The notes beneath the pieces are model-generated. The model had not been told where the DNA came from. It did not search any database and was given only the letters and a program-made list of their open reading frames with translations. From positions 12,993,081-13,057,080 of the forward strand of contig NC_068984.1 in assembly GCF_001194135.2 (NCBI RefSeq): 64,000 nt of DNA, read 5' to 3'. Positions within the stretch are counted from its first letter, which is position 1. Each line of letters starts with the position of its first letter. The stretch comes from Octopus bimaculoides. Lineage: Eukaryota. Of this stretch, positions 12,582 through 24,415 are shown in pieces. The translations under genes and the position numbers were made by a program.

Positions 12582-13570
12582 GCTGTCAACTTAACGTGAC
12601 AGACCCAATAAGGGAATCATACTACTGCTATTTAGCCCTAGGAAGCTGCACCGCTTCCTGTCGGCCTTCACACATTTCCTGTGTCCTTATGTTTACGAAG
12701 AGGAAACAAGCACCTCCACCCAGCCAAGCCTGCGTCCAGGGACGTTTCTGAGTTTTTGCTCGTCGTTGGGACTGTCACGTTCATTTGACGGCATACAACT
12801 ACTTTATCGTATCACTACTGCTTATGTCTCTCTGAGAGATTTAGGAATGTATCATTTCTAACATCTATTAGTATTCTTAAGTATAAAAATCACGTATCAA
12901 ATTAGTATTGAGCTATTATGCAGTTGTCTTGATCATGATACTAAACTGCGTCCGCTGGTGAGGTTCCCTTTCGGGAGACCAAGAGTCGGGAGGAGAGTGG
13001 ACTCACCCTCTAATTCTCATTACTCTAAGCGTTCTGAATCGGAACGGTGGTATCTCTCAGATTCCCATGTATGAGTGAAATAAATTTTGGCAAGGGTAGA
13101 CTGAGATCCTTACTGGTGTTGAAAGCAATCAATCTAGGAGAAAGAAAACTCCACAATTAATAACTTCTTCCAACATGCTTTAAACCAGCACGTAAGGACT
13201 GGGCTGATGAAACACACGTATATAAACATCATACACAAACATTCTGCTCACTGTTCTCCTAAATAGGTTGCATTTCTATATCTGCAATGCCGTACATATT
13301 GACTTTCCATTCCTACATTGCTTTTCTATGCCTGCATATTTCATTTCCAGGCCTGCAATGCCATACACTACATTTCGAACTTCGCATTTTATCTACTGGC
13401 CAGTTACGCACAATCAGTTGTTATTTCCAAGGCAAAGTTTCTCTTAAACAGTCATGATTTACATGGCAATGATTACATGATTCTCCTTCTTTCATATACC
13501 ACTTTACTACGTGAATCTGCATCCCACTACAACATTTACTCTGTCTGAAAGGAAACTTCAAAATATTCGA

Positions 13571-13712
13571 GGCGTAGGAGGGGCTGTGTGGTAAGTAGCT
13601 TGCTTACCAACCACATGGTTCCGGGCAAGTGTCTTTTACCAAAGCCTTTGAGTGGATTTGGTAGACGGAAACTGAAAGAAGCCCGTCGTATATATATATA
13701 AATATATGTGTG

Positions 13713-13747
<35 letters not shown>

Positions 13748-13960
13748 ATGTTTGTGTGTCTGTGTTTGTCCTCCCCAACATCGCTTGACAACCGATGGTG
13801 GTGTGTTCACGTTCCCGTAACTTAGCTATTCGTCAAAAGAGACCGATAGAATAAGTACTAGGCTTGCAAAGAATAAGTCCTGGGGGTCGATATTTGCTCG
13901 ACTATAAAGGCGGTGCTCCAGCATGGCCACAGTCAAATGACTGAAACAAGTAAAAGAAGA
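13571..13960 (+). mobile_element. SINE family A with a deletion in the head (B-box region)
   Basis: Matches family A; the sequence jumps from GGTTCCGGG to CAAGTGTC through GGG microhomology. Confidence 0.9.
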
Positions 13961-14129
13961 GTAAGGCAATTCAGTAGGAAGCATAAAAACATGGGTGCCC
14001 ACCAATTTCGTACTGGAGTCAGGAAGAGACAAAACACCTGCAACAGTGTAATAAAAATAAAGAAATATGCTTCATCACAGGTAAATTTGGCAAAATGTCT
14101 GTAAACATTTTACAAAGTCTTGTTCCTAC

Positions 14130-15300
14130 AGATTAGCCTGCACACCTTCCAGAACCAGCATCTCCACCAATCATAGTCTGCCATCTTTTCTTTCAAAATA
14201 GAGGTATCTCGAAATATCTGCAACGGCGTTGAAAACATCCTCCACCGAATCGGTGATTGCAGCCACTCAGATGACCTCAGAGATTACATTCTAGGCAGTA
14301 CGGATGTAATGTAATTATATCCATCGATTGATATTGATTTTAGCAAAGAAAAGTGTGTGAAGATAATTTGTGTCAGTGATATAGTGTTTCACAATGTCAA
14401 TACCAATGTATTAGGATTTCTGATAAAACTTATATGTATGTGATACGTGAACAAAACTGAACCTGAAAAAGTTTAGCTACACCAGGCAGGGGCAAGGTAG
14501 ACCATCAGCTATTATTTCGGCTGTAAAAACAGCTGAACTAAGCCATTCAAACTTCAAGGGACTGTGATGAAATAGGATGACACATACTGTTGGTGCTAGC
14601 ATATATATGAAACTAGTAAGGCCACATATTCAAAATGTAGCCATCGGAGTTGGCTGCGATGGAGACGTAGTCTAACGCTTCATGCTATGTTGAGACAAGC
14701 AACTGAAATGGGACCTACTAGAGAATCTTATACATTTAGTAATGCCTTCTCGTTATATTGACGACACAAACATTGTGATTAAAACATCTCCACAAGATAA
14801 CGCTCAGAAAATAAGAAAGCACAATCGAGAAAGATTCAGCACGTAAATTCCATCTACCAAAGTATTAAGGTGAATAGGATTACCCATCGAAACACCCCAA
14901 CAGAAGACTTTCAGTTCTAGATACAAAACTATGGCTAGCAATTATAAGTGGCAAGATACAACTTCTCTACTCGCACTATATTAAGCTTGTAGTAAAAAGC
15001 CAAAGGCTTCATATAAAGCTCAAGAACACTGAAATTTCAATAAATGCTAAACTTTATTTAAGATGATGAGAAATGTGACATCTCTGTACATGGCTTCGAA
15101 TCTAAGAAACCCTGTACAGGATTTCAACCCCCACATGCTATTCTGCAGAGACAATCAGTGCTATCGAATCACTGACTGTATAGAGGCATCAAGAAAAAGT
15201 TTTAAGCATTTGTCATCAATGCTGCAAATATGTTGACCTGTTACGTATCGGAGTAAATTCTTGAACAGGTTGGAAAGTAAAACATTAGACAAGAAACGCA
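14130..15300 (+). mobile_element. Decayed Penelope-like element reverse transcriptase
   Basis: GSTDVM*LYPSIDIDF (14294-14341), IQNVAIGV (about 14630-14650), RYIDDT (14751-14768) and LSVLDTKLW (about 14910-14935) occur in the order expected for a PLE RT. Stops and frameshifts throughout. Confidence 0.75.
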
Positions 15301-15539
15301 CAATGTATGACAACAACCAATTCCAAAGTATGATATCTATCGATGTTACATCCTACCATGAAGTAGTCCAGAACGTTAGAAACACAGTACAGAGGAGGAG
15401 AATAACACAGTAAGAAGCACGCACATCCATTAGGTCATTATTAATACGTCAAACGTTGCTTTGACGACTGCAATCACTTCTTGTCTGTAAACATTCATAA
15501 CTTGTTTCTGATGAGGTATAAGGTTAATAATTTTGGGTT

Positions 15540-15718
15540 GAAGAGGGGCTAGTGGATACCGTCTACCCCAGAGCACCACAGGCACTTTATCTTATCGGTC
15601 CCTAAGTGATGTAAGGCAAAGCTGACCTCAGCTCTTTTTGAACTCAGAACGTAAAGTTGCAGCTAATTCTGAAAAGCGGTTGTACGATTCTCTAACAATT
15701 CCACCAGTCTTGCATCTT
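15540..15718 (-). mobile_element. Old, diverged SINE family C copy
   Basis: AAGGCAAAGCTGACCTCAGC...TTGAACTCAGAACGTAAAG is the reverse complement of the C head/core. Confidence 0.65.
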
Positions 15719-15899
15719 GAAATAACAGTTATAAAGACATAAGGAGATGCATAAATGAAACTTCCAAAGAGTCTTCTTGACTTTTCTCATAAGAGACATA
15801 CCTACATCAGCAAAAGGGTGGATTTTCCGGTTTAACCTTTCTGCAAGTTGTTTCTATGCTTGTAAAAACACGACCCTGGGTAACTTTTCCTTCCTGAAC

Positions 15900-17320
15900 A
15901 CACACACACACATTAACTTACTCACTTATTCACTCACTCACTCACTCACTCACCCATTCACTCACTCATTCACTCACTCACTCACTCACTCATTCACTCA
16001 TTCACTTACTCACTCGCCCACTCACCCACTCACTCACTCACTCACTCACTCACTCGCTCACTCAAACACACACACACATACACGCAATCACACACTCACA
16101 CAATCACACACACACACATACACGCAATCACACACTCACACAATCACACACACACGTTTATTATTCGTATGCAAGTTAATATATTAAACTTATCAAACAG
16201 CACGCGATCCTCGTCTTTTAGTTGATGCGCGCGTGTGCGGTGTGTGGTGTGTGTGTGTGTGTGTGCACGTGTATATGTTAAATTGGTGTTATTAGTTTCA
16301 ATCAGGCTTTTCGAATAACATCGAAGCATTTACCGAAAAGTGAACGAATCATCAGCCTAAACTGAAAGATCCAACCAACACCAATTTTACAATATACGTA
16401 CATATACACGCACACAGACACACACACACACGCACACACACACGCACACACACAAACAAATTTACACAAACATATATTCACACAGACACATATAAATTCA
16501 AATCACTTGTTACCTTTCTAACTCTCTGTTTCTAACTTGAATATATTTGAATGTGCATGCATGCATACATACATACATACATACATACATACATACATGC
16601 AAATATACATATATATATTTATATATGTATGCATATATGTGTAAATATATACATATGTATATAACATGTATATATGATATATATAGGATATATNNNNNNN
16701 NNNNNNNNNNNNNNNNNNNNNNNNNNNNNNNNNNNNNNNNNNNNNNNNNNNNNNNNNNNNNNNNNNNNNNNNNNNNNNNNNNNNNNNNNNNNNNNNNNNN
16801 NNNNNNNNNNNNNNNNNNNNNNNNNNNNNNNNNNNNNNNNNNNNNNNNNNNNNNNNNNNNNNNNNNNNNNNNNNNNNNNNNNNNNNNNNNNNNNNNNNNN
16901 NNNNNNNNNNNNNNNNNNNNNNNNNNNNNNNNNNNNNNNNNNNNNNNNNNNNNNNNNNNNNNNNNNNNNNNNNNNNNNNNNNNNNNNNNNNNNNNNNNNN
17001 NNNNNNNNNNNNNNNNNNNNNNNNNNNNNNNNNNNNNNNNNNNNNNNNNNNNNNNNNNNNNNNNNNNNNNNNNNNNNNNNNNNNNNNNNNNNNNNNNNNN
17101 NNNNNNNNNNNNNNNNNNNNNNNNNNNNNNNNNNNNNNNNNNNNNNNNNNNNNNNNNNNNNNNNNNNNNNNNNNNNNNNNNNNNNNNNNNNNNNNNNNNN
17201 NNNNNNNNNNNNNNNNNNNNNNNNNNNTATATATATATATATATAATATATATATATACATATATATATGCATGTATGTATGTATGTATGTATATATGTA
17301 GTTATGTATGTATGCATATA

Positions 17321-17372
<52 letters not shown>

Positions 17373-17390
17373 TGTGTGTATATATGTATG
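15900..17390. repeat. (ACTC)n, (CA)n, (TACA)n and (TA)n microsatellites around an N gap
   Basis: Directly visible. Confidence 0.9.
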
Positions 17391-18263
17391 TAGAATGTAC
17401 GTTCCCTTTATATTTCTTATCTTTCTCATATATCCTATTTAAACACCTCCACCCCCGTTATTTAGCTCACCTCACCTCCACTATTACCCCGCCATTACAT
17501 TATAAACTCTTCTTGTGTCTAGAGACGTGGAAACATCGTCGTATAAGTTAGTTGACTTCGAAGTATTTGGTTCTTTGATGGCGTCAAAGCTCTAGTCTAG
17601 ATTTCGCCACTTTCACATAGCGAAGTAATTAACAAGATTCGCGTGTCGGAGCCTCAGTATGCGTAAATCAAAGATTTGTTCGACACAAAGTTCCGCAGCT
17701 ACGTCAAGACGGACTCTCGCTGTAAATTATCATTAGAAATACTGAGTTACAACAGTTGGACACAAGAAACTCAATCTTCCATTAACTGGTTGTGTTGTTG
17801 CTGCTTCGTCTGATGGCTGTGTGTGCTGGTGTTGGTATTAGTAGTGTTACAATGCGAGAACTATTGCTAGTGTATCTGTACATTCACGTGGTGGACATGG
17901 TGGTGGTGGTGCCGGTGGTATGTATAATACTAAAATGGCTACAACGAACTTACTTTATTAACTCTTTCTGTCCGTATACTATACGAATTTAATCAACATC
18001 TGTGGGCTAATGTGTGTTTATGAACAAACGGGAAATACATTCTTGCATGCTCACACATAGACAGTAAGAAACACACAGAGAAACACACAGAGAAACACAC
18101 ACACAAACACACTCTCGCACACTTATATAAACAGCTTTACATGAATATTTGAATATATATGAATATATAAGCATGCATATGTATATACATGTGTGTGTGT
18201 GTTTTACTGATATATATCGACGTGCATGTAAGTATGTATGTATGTATGAATGAATGTATGCAC

Positions 18264-18341
<78 letters not shown>

Positions 18342-18373
18342 GTTGTCTATTTGTTTATTCATGTCTCTTTCCA

Positions 18374-18416
<43 letters not shown>

Positions 18417-18417
18417 C

Positions 18418-18580
18418 AACCGATGTTGGTGTATTCATGTCTCCGTAACTTAGCGGTTCGGCAAAACAGACCGATAGAATAAGTACTAGGCTTACAAAGA
18501 ATAAGTACTGGGGTCGATTTGTTCGACTAAAGGCGGTGGTCCAGCATGGGTGCATTCACAAACTGAAACAAATAAAAAAA
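18418..18580 (+). mobile_element. SINE family A, 3' half
   Basis: CGTAACTTAGCGGTTCGGCAAAACAGACCGATAGAATAAGTACTAGGCTTACAAAG, following a (TA)n run. Confidence 0.85.
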
Positions 18581-18595
18581 TACATACATACATGC

Positions 18596-18627
<32 letters not shown>

Positions 18628-19053
18628 GTATATGTGTGTGTGTGTGTGGNNNNNNNNNNNNNNNNNNNNNNNNNNNNNNNNNNNNNNNNNNNNNNNNNNN
18701 NNNNNNNNNNNNNNNNNNNNNNNNNNNNNNNNNNNNNNNNNNNNNNNNNNNNNNNNNNNNNNNNNNNNNNNNNNNNNNNNNNNNNNNNNNNNNNNNNNNN
18801 NNNNNNNNNNNNNNNNNNNNNNNNNNNNNNNNNNNNNNNNNNTATATATATATATATATATATATGCAGGGATATATGTATATAAGTTTATATATATACA
18901 TATATATATGTGTGTATATACATATTCACACCTACACACGTATTCACACATACTCATATAAATATATATACACATGCATACAAACACAGACGCCTACTCA
19001 AGCACAGGTGCATACACACATGTATACCAACAGCGTATAAAATATTTATGAAC

Positions 19054-19091
<38 letters not shown>

Positions 19092-19570
19092 GTGTGTAAA
19101 TGAACATTTATATGCGTGTGTATATGTTTGTGCTCGCATACGTGTGCACTTGCTCGCAAGCGTGTGCGTGCGTGCGTGTGTGTGTATGTGTGTGTATGTA
19201 TTGTGTGTGTGAATGTCTGTGTGTGTGTATGTATTGTGTGTGTGAATGTCTGTGTGTATGTGTGTGTGTGTGTGTATACAGATCATTAACAAAAATTAGT
19301 TAATATGTCGTAAAATATAATACTTCTAAATAACTCGATGAAACTAGATGCGGTCTGGCTAGCGTTCATAATCGTATAATTTATGCAGGAAACACATAAG
19401 CATAAAGAGTAAGAGTTATTGCGGGTGCTGTAAGGGGGTGGGGGGTGGGGACTGGCAACATAAAAATGAAGAATGATATGCAATGTAAAAGAACAATGGT
19501 CATATACTTGAAAGGCAAGTAGGAAATATAGGTTCGTTTTCCACCTTGTTATATTTCTTTTTCCATGAGA

Positions 19571-19750
19571 GCACTCCGCCAGTTGCGACGACGAGGGTCT
19601 CAGCTGATATGATCAACGGAACAGCTTGCTCGTGAAATTAACGTGCAAGTGGCTGAGCACTCCACAGACACGTGTACCCCTAACGTAGTTCTCGGGGAGA
19701 TTCAACGTGACACAGAGTGTGACAAAGCCGGCCCTTTGAAATGCAGGTAC
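19571..19750 (-). mobile_element. SINE family B, 3' part
   Basis: Reverse complement of GTGGAGTGCTCAGCCACTTGCACGTTAATTTCACGAGC as seen at 12480-12520. Confidence 0.9.
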
Positions 19751-19769
19751 GACTGTATATTAGTTCCAA

Positions 19770-19962
19770 AATTTGGCACAAGGCCACCTAGTTCGGGGTT
19801 GGGTGGTGTGTCGATTATATTAAATCCAGTCATCAACTGGAATTTATTTCATCGATCCCAAAAGATGATAGGCAAAATAGACCTCGGCAGAACATAAATA
19901 CGGACAAAATGTCGTTAAGTATCTTGTCTAAAATCTTAACGATTCTGCTAGCTCATCGCCTT
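19770..19962 (-). mobile_element. SINE family C, diverged copy
   Basis: Ends TTAACGATTCTGCTAGCTCATCGCCTT, the reverse of the C head; core recognisable. Confidence 0.75.
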
Positions 19963-20001
19963 CTCACTGACTGTATGTTACAATATAACTTATATATTCT
20001 T

Positions 20002-20209
20002 AAGGCGGCGAGCTGGCAGAAACGTTAGCACGCCGGGTGACATGCTTAGCAGTATTTCGTCTGCCTTTACGCTCTGCGTTCAAATTCCGTCGACTTTCCC
20101 TTTCATCCTTTCAGGGTCGATAAATTAAGTACCAATTGCGTACTGGGATCGATCTAATCGACTGGTCCCTTTCCCAAAAATTTCGAGCCTTGAACCTTGA
20201 GGGGAATAG
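20002..20209 (+). mobile_element. SINE family C (tail type ii) with 20-bp target-site duplication
   Basis: AAGGCGGCGAGCTGGCAGAAACGTTAGC head. TSD AATATAACTTA(T/C)ATATTCTT at 19982-20001 and 20210-20229, one mismatch. Confidence 0.9.
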
Positions 20210-20397
20210 AATATAACTTACATATTCTTATATACAGTCATTTTATTTTGTCAATTGCCGACTTTGTTTTACGAATTGACGGGTGAAAAATGTGGTATTT
20301 ATTTTATGATACAGAAAACTCTTGAAATAATCTGTAAGGAAGAAGCTATATATAATTCACATTACATATATATATATATGCATATATACGTATATAC

Positions 20398-20540
20398 ACG
20401 ACTGGATCCCACCTAGCTTCTGCCTACCAAATTCACTCGCAAGGCATTGGTCGGCCGGAGTCATCATAGAAGATACTTGCCCAAGGTTCTGCGTAGTGAG
20501 ACTGAACGCGAAACCACGTGGTTGCAAAGCGAACTTCTGC
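20398..20540 (-). mobile_element. SINE family A, diverged 5' half
   Basis: CTACCAAATTCACTCGCAAGGCATTGGTCGGC...TACTTGCCCAAGG is the reverse of the A head/CORE-like segment. Confidence 0.75.
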
Positions 20541-21724
20541 ACTTCACAACCTCCGTCTTGTTTGTATTTCAGGCTGCAAGTCAAAGTCGCAACTTAAGAA
20601 ATAATAAATAAATATTTCTTACACCGGAGCAGCGAATGTCCATAATCGATTGATATGATTCCAGTTTATTTCTTCTAGTTAAACAAACTTGGCTACACCG
20701 AGATTTGAACTCGGAATGTAGGGCGACGAAAGTAACCACTGCATTTTGTTTGCTACTTTAATTTCTTGCCTGTTCATTCCACTCGTTATCTTGAATGATA
20801 ATTTATTTATTCAAGTGATTCGTGAGTCAGATTCCCCTCTGATTGATGTTTCCTGATTACAGATATCTATCAATGGTTGATTAGCACTTTTATCTTTTAT
20901 TTGAAATTTAGTGCCCATTTCTTTCAGTTTGGTATCCTGCCCAGAACCTCAATAAAAACACTGCGTCTGGTTTGAAATTACGACCTAGTTCTAACAGTCC
21001 ATCACTTTATGCACTCGACCATTTCAATATTGTGAATAATAATAAATAAATAAAAGTTTAGCATCTGATACCCCTCGTTTATCATTATTCACAAAGGGCG
21101 AATGTAGAAGGTAGTTAAATCTAATAACGCAGAAATTTGTAACCTCATCAAAAACTAAACAATAAAATAATGTAAAACATACAAAAAACTGCTGGCAATA
21201 TTTCCGATGAAAGAATATCAAGTTATCGCAATTTTTATGATGAAAATGTCGCATATTAAAGGTTATGAGGTCGAGCAGTCCCCCAAGGAAATACAGCTTG
21301 AAAATGGCTGCAACTATTGGGTATTTAAAAGCCAAATATTTACACTCCTTCACTTACTGATAACAATAAATTGAAAATCGAATCAACATACTTGAGATCA
21401 CTTTCTGGAAATATATTTTAGCAACTCTGAGTTCTTCCTTTTTTTGTTTGATTTTGGAACCAAATACCACATCGTAAAATCTAATAAAATAATTTTTTCA
21501 AGTACAATAATAAAACAAATATAGAATGGTAAAAATAATTCTATGGACGGTGGGGATGAGGGCTGGAGGGTAAGAGTTAAGTACAGGGTAGGCTTAGTTT
21601 ACTGTTTGGTTTCGATTTCCGACTAAGATTATTCTAATATATGACGTGAATGATCTTAGGAAAGCATATAGGTCACAAAATCCAATTTCATAACTGCTAA
21701 AAATAACTTTGTATTTAATTAAAG

Positions 21725-21808
21725 GAAGCCATTATATCATGATGGTAACGAGTATTGTGGATCAAAACTTAAGGTCGGCAAAGGAGACATCACTTTAAAT
21801 TCTTCATG
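21725..21808 (+). CDS. Candidate internal coding exon (KPLYHDGNEYCGSKLKVGKGDITLNSS), CUB-like start; product unassigned
   Basis: AG acceptor at 21723-24, strong donor ATG|GTAAGA, 84 nt, phase 2-2, only this frame open. The CUB resemblance is by eye only. Confidence 0.35.
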
Positions 21809-22337
21809 GTAAGAATAAGTAACCTAATGGAGTAGCTTAATAACATTATAACTAGTAATTATTTTATGCAGTTACGCCTGAGAAAATGTGACGAAACATA
21901 GTCCTTCCAATCCGTTCCCAGTTGCAAGATAGACACACTCTAACAAGGTATAGGAAGAATAGTGAGGATTCCGTTACCATAATGTAATGAGACAAAATAT
22001 CTTAGTTTATCAAAATTAGTTTTAATTTCAAAGTTGTTTCCCCTACCTCTTTCGACCAAAGCTGACCCTTATAATAAAGGTTATTTCTTCTCACCACGGG
22101 TGAAAATTTAGTTTATTAATTGTTTTTCTTAATGGCTGACCATTTTCGGCGTTGGCCGACGATATTGCAGACAATAATTCTGCCGAGGTCGACTTTGCCT
22201 TTCATTATCGACTAATCCCCTCCTCCCACCAAATTTTGCCTTTCATCATCGACTAGTCCAGGTCCTCCCACCAAATTTCAGGCCTTGTGCCTTTAATAGA
22301 AATAATATTGCCGACGATAAGCTGCAAGAACACTTAC

Positions 22338-22461
22338 CAAGTCTCCACACATGGATACACGACAAAGGAAATAAATGTCGGCTAAATATATTATGTAGAT
22401 TAAAAGTGACGGTAACACCTGGACTCCATAGGAATCCAAGTCATCTCCTCGAGCTATTCCT
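22338..22461 (-). CDS. Candidate internal exon (GIARGDDLDSYGVQVLPSLLIYIIYLADIYFLCRVSMCGDL); product unknown
   Basis: TTTTAACTTAG acceptor, strong donor TTG|GTAAGT, one open frame over 124 nt; no family recognised. Confidence 0.25.
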
Positions 22462-22582
22462 CTAAGTTAAAATACACTTTCTAATCTTTTGAACATCAAT
22501 GTTAGAGCAACAGTTGATACGATAAATATCAGAAGAAATAATTTCAGGAAAGCGTAGGTGAAGGAAGATATCTGATAGGTGC

Positions 22583-24415
22583 AGTCGTGGCCGTGTGGTA
22601 AGAGACTTGCTTCCGTGCATGCATCGAGTTATTTGCTGTTTGGATTTTGTAAGAATCGGACGTAGTTTTTTGTGTTGCTCAGAAGATGTACTCAGACCTT
22701 GACGAATCTGAGTTATCGTCGTCGGAAGAGGAGCTGGTCGGAGGAGGGTGGTCATAAAGATGGACGGAATGTTGAAGACAAGGAGCCATCGAGGTGAAGC
22801 GAAGGGAGCTGGACTTGGCTGGCCTGAAGGAGTACGAGAAGATGGCTAAGAAGGTGGCCGGCGACGTGAAGTTGTCGCTCCCCAAAGGAATTATGGAAAG
22901 GATGGAAAAGAAAACGATCCCCTATAAGGTGTACTCCTTGAAAGGAAAAAAAAAAGGCAGAACAGGTGCAGGCAGAAGTGGAAAAGGTGCTGAGGGAACG
23001 AACAAAGGAGATAACGTACATAATCAAAGGAAGAAGATATGGGACAATGGTCTTCCAATTTAAGACAGTAGAGGAGGTGAGGAGGTTGGCGAGTGTGGCG
23101 GTGAAAATAGAGGAAGAACTGCTTCTGCCCACATACCTTGGAGAAGAAAGACTTCCAAGTTGAGGGTAGAAGCATTTTCACCGCATACAGAAGTGGCTTG
23201 GATAGCGGCAGCTGACCTTGTTGGAAGCGAGGAGAAGGTGGCTGTCCTCCAAGCCACAGAAACGGAAGAAGGAGGGTGGAAAGGAAAGACACTTGAACTC
23301 ATTATTCAGACGGAGGAGGTTCAACTGGAGAACTTGGCAGAGATAGTGACGTTGGGGGAAATCGTGCTGAGGGCGTAGGTAGAGGGCAGAGTACCACGTT
23401 GTTTTAAATGTGGCCAAAAGGGCCACATTAGAGCATAAGGCCCTTTACAGAGGACAATGGTTGAGGAAACAATTGTGGAGACGGAAGAGAAAAGAGAGGA
23501 AGAAAAGACAGACGGAGGAAAGGACGAAAAGGAGGAAGAATGAAAAGTTACAGAGAGCAGAAGGAGAAAGAGAAAAATAGAAAAAACACTGAGTATGATG
23601 TGGTACTCCAGTCCATTCCATCCCACCCAAGACCACTCAGACCCACCCTCCCCATACAGACACCAAACCCACTCACTCCATTTCGCGACAAGCAAAAAAA
23701 GAAAAAGAAAGAACAGACACCACACAATTTGGAAGACCCTCCCCGGTGAAAAAGGTTAGGAATGCATGGCGGAGAGAATGATGTCACTAAGTGAAGGAGA
23801 AAGGGGAAAAAGGATTGGACTGAAGGAGAAAAAGGACTTAGGACCCAAAGGCGGTGAGTGGTGTTACTCAGTGTGGGGTGAGTAGCACACTCTTCATAAT
23901 ATCATTTTCAGATATCATTTTCATGTGTCATTCATTATATCATATTTTATCTTATATTTTTAATTGTCATATTTCCCCACATGTGTTGTAGTGTCCCCCT
24001 GTGTGTAATGCCTTTATGGCAATTTAAAAGAAATAAAGAAGCTTCACGCCCACTGTGTGGCATCTTGGTCAAATGTCTCCTATTATAGCATCGGGCCGAT
24101 CAAAGTCTTGAGTGGATTTGATCAAGGGAAACTGAAAGAACTATGTCTGCTGTATATATATATATATATATATATATATGCATGTGTGTGTGTATATCTT
24201 TGTGTCTGTATTTGTCCACCACCAGCACCACCACCACCATCGCTTGACAACTGGTATTGTTGCGTTTACGTTCGGAAAAACAAACCAATATGATAAATAC
24301 CAAGCTTAAATAATTACGTACTGGGGTTGATTGATTCATCTAAAAATTGTTCAAGGCGGTGCCCCAGCATGACCGCAGTTTAATGACTAAAACTAATAAA
24401 TGATAAAAGATATGA
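22583..24415 (+). mobile_element. SINE family A split by an insertion (head about 22583-22616; remainder about 24041-24415)
   Basis: GTCGTGGCCGTGTGGTAAGAGACTTGCTTCC upstream; resumes as GCTTCACGCCCACTGTGTGGCATCTTGG (consensus GGTTCAGTCCCACTGCGTGGCACCTTGG) and continues to the A tail. Confidence 0.8.
22617..24040 (+). mobile_element. ORF1(gag)-only non-LTR element with decayed CCHC zinc-knuckle ORF (about 22686-23750) and an A-rich 3' tail
   Basis: ATG at 22686 is in frame with the track ORF at 22794. Frameshifted pieces continue through CFKCGQKGHIRA*G (23400-23441; the last Cys is lost) into an acidic/basic tail. No endonuclease or RT motif before the tail ...GGCAATTTAAAAGAAATAAAGAA. Confidence 0.75.

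Noticed and set aside
12955-13210. RTE-like 5' UTR fragment that might hold an HDV-like ribozyme
   Set aside because: I could not trace the nested double pseudoknot by eye; it needs a descriptor search.
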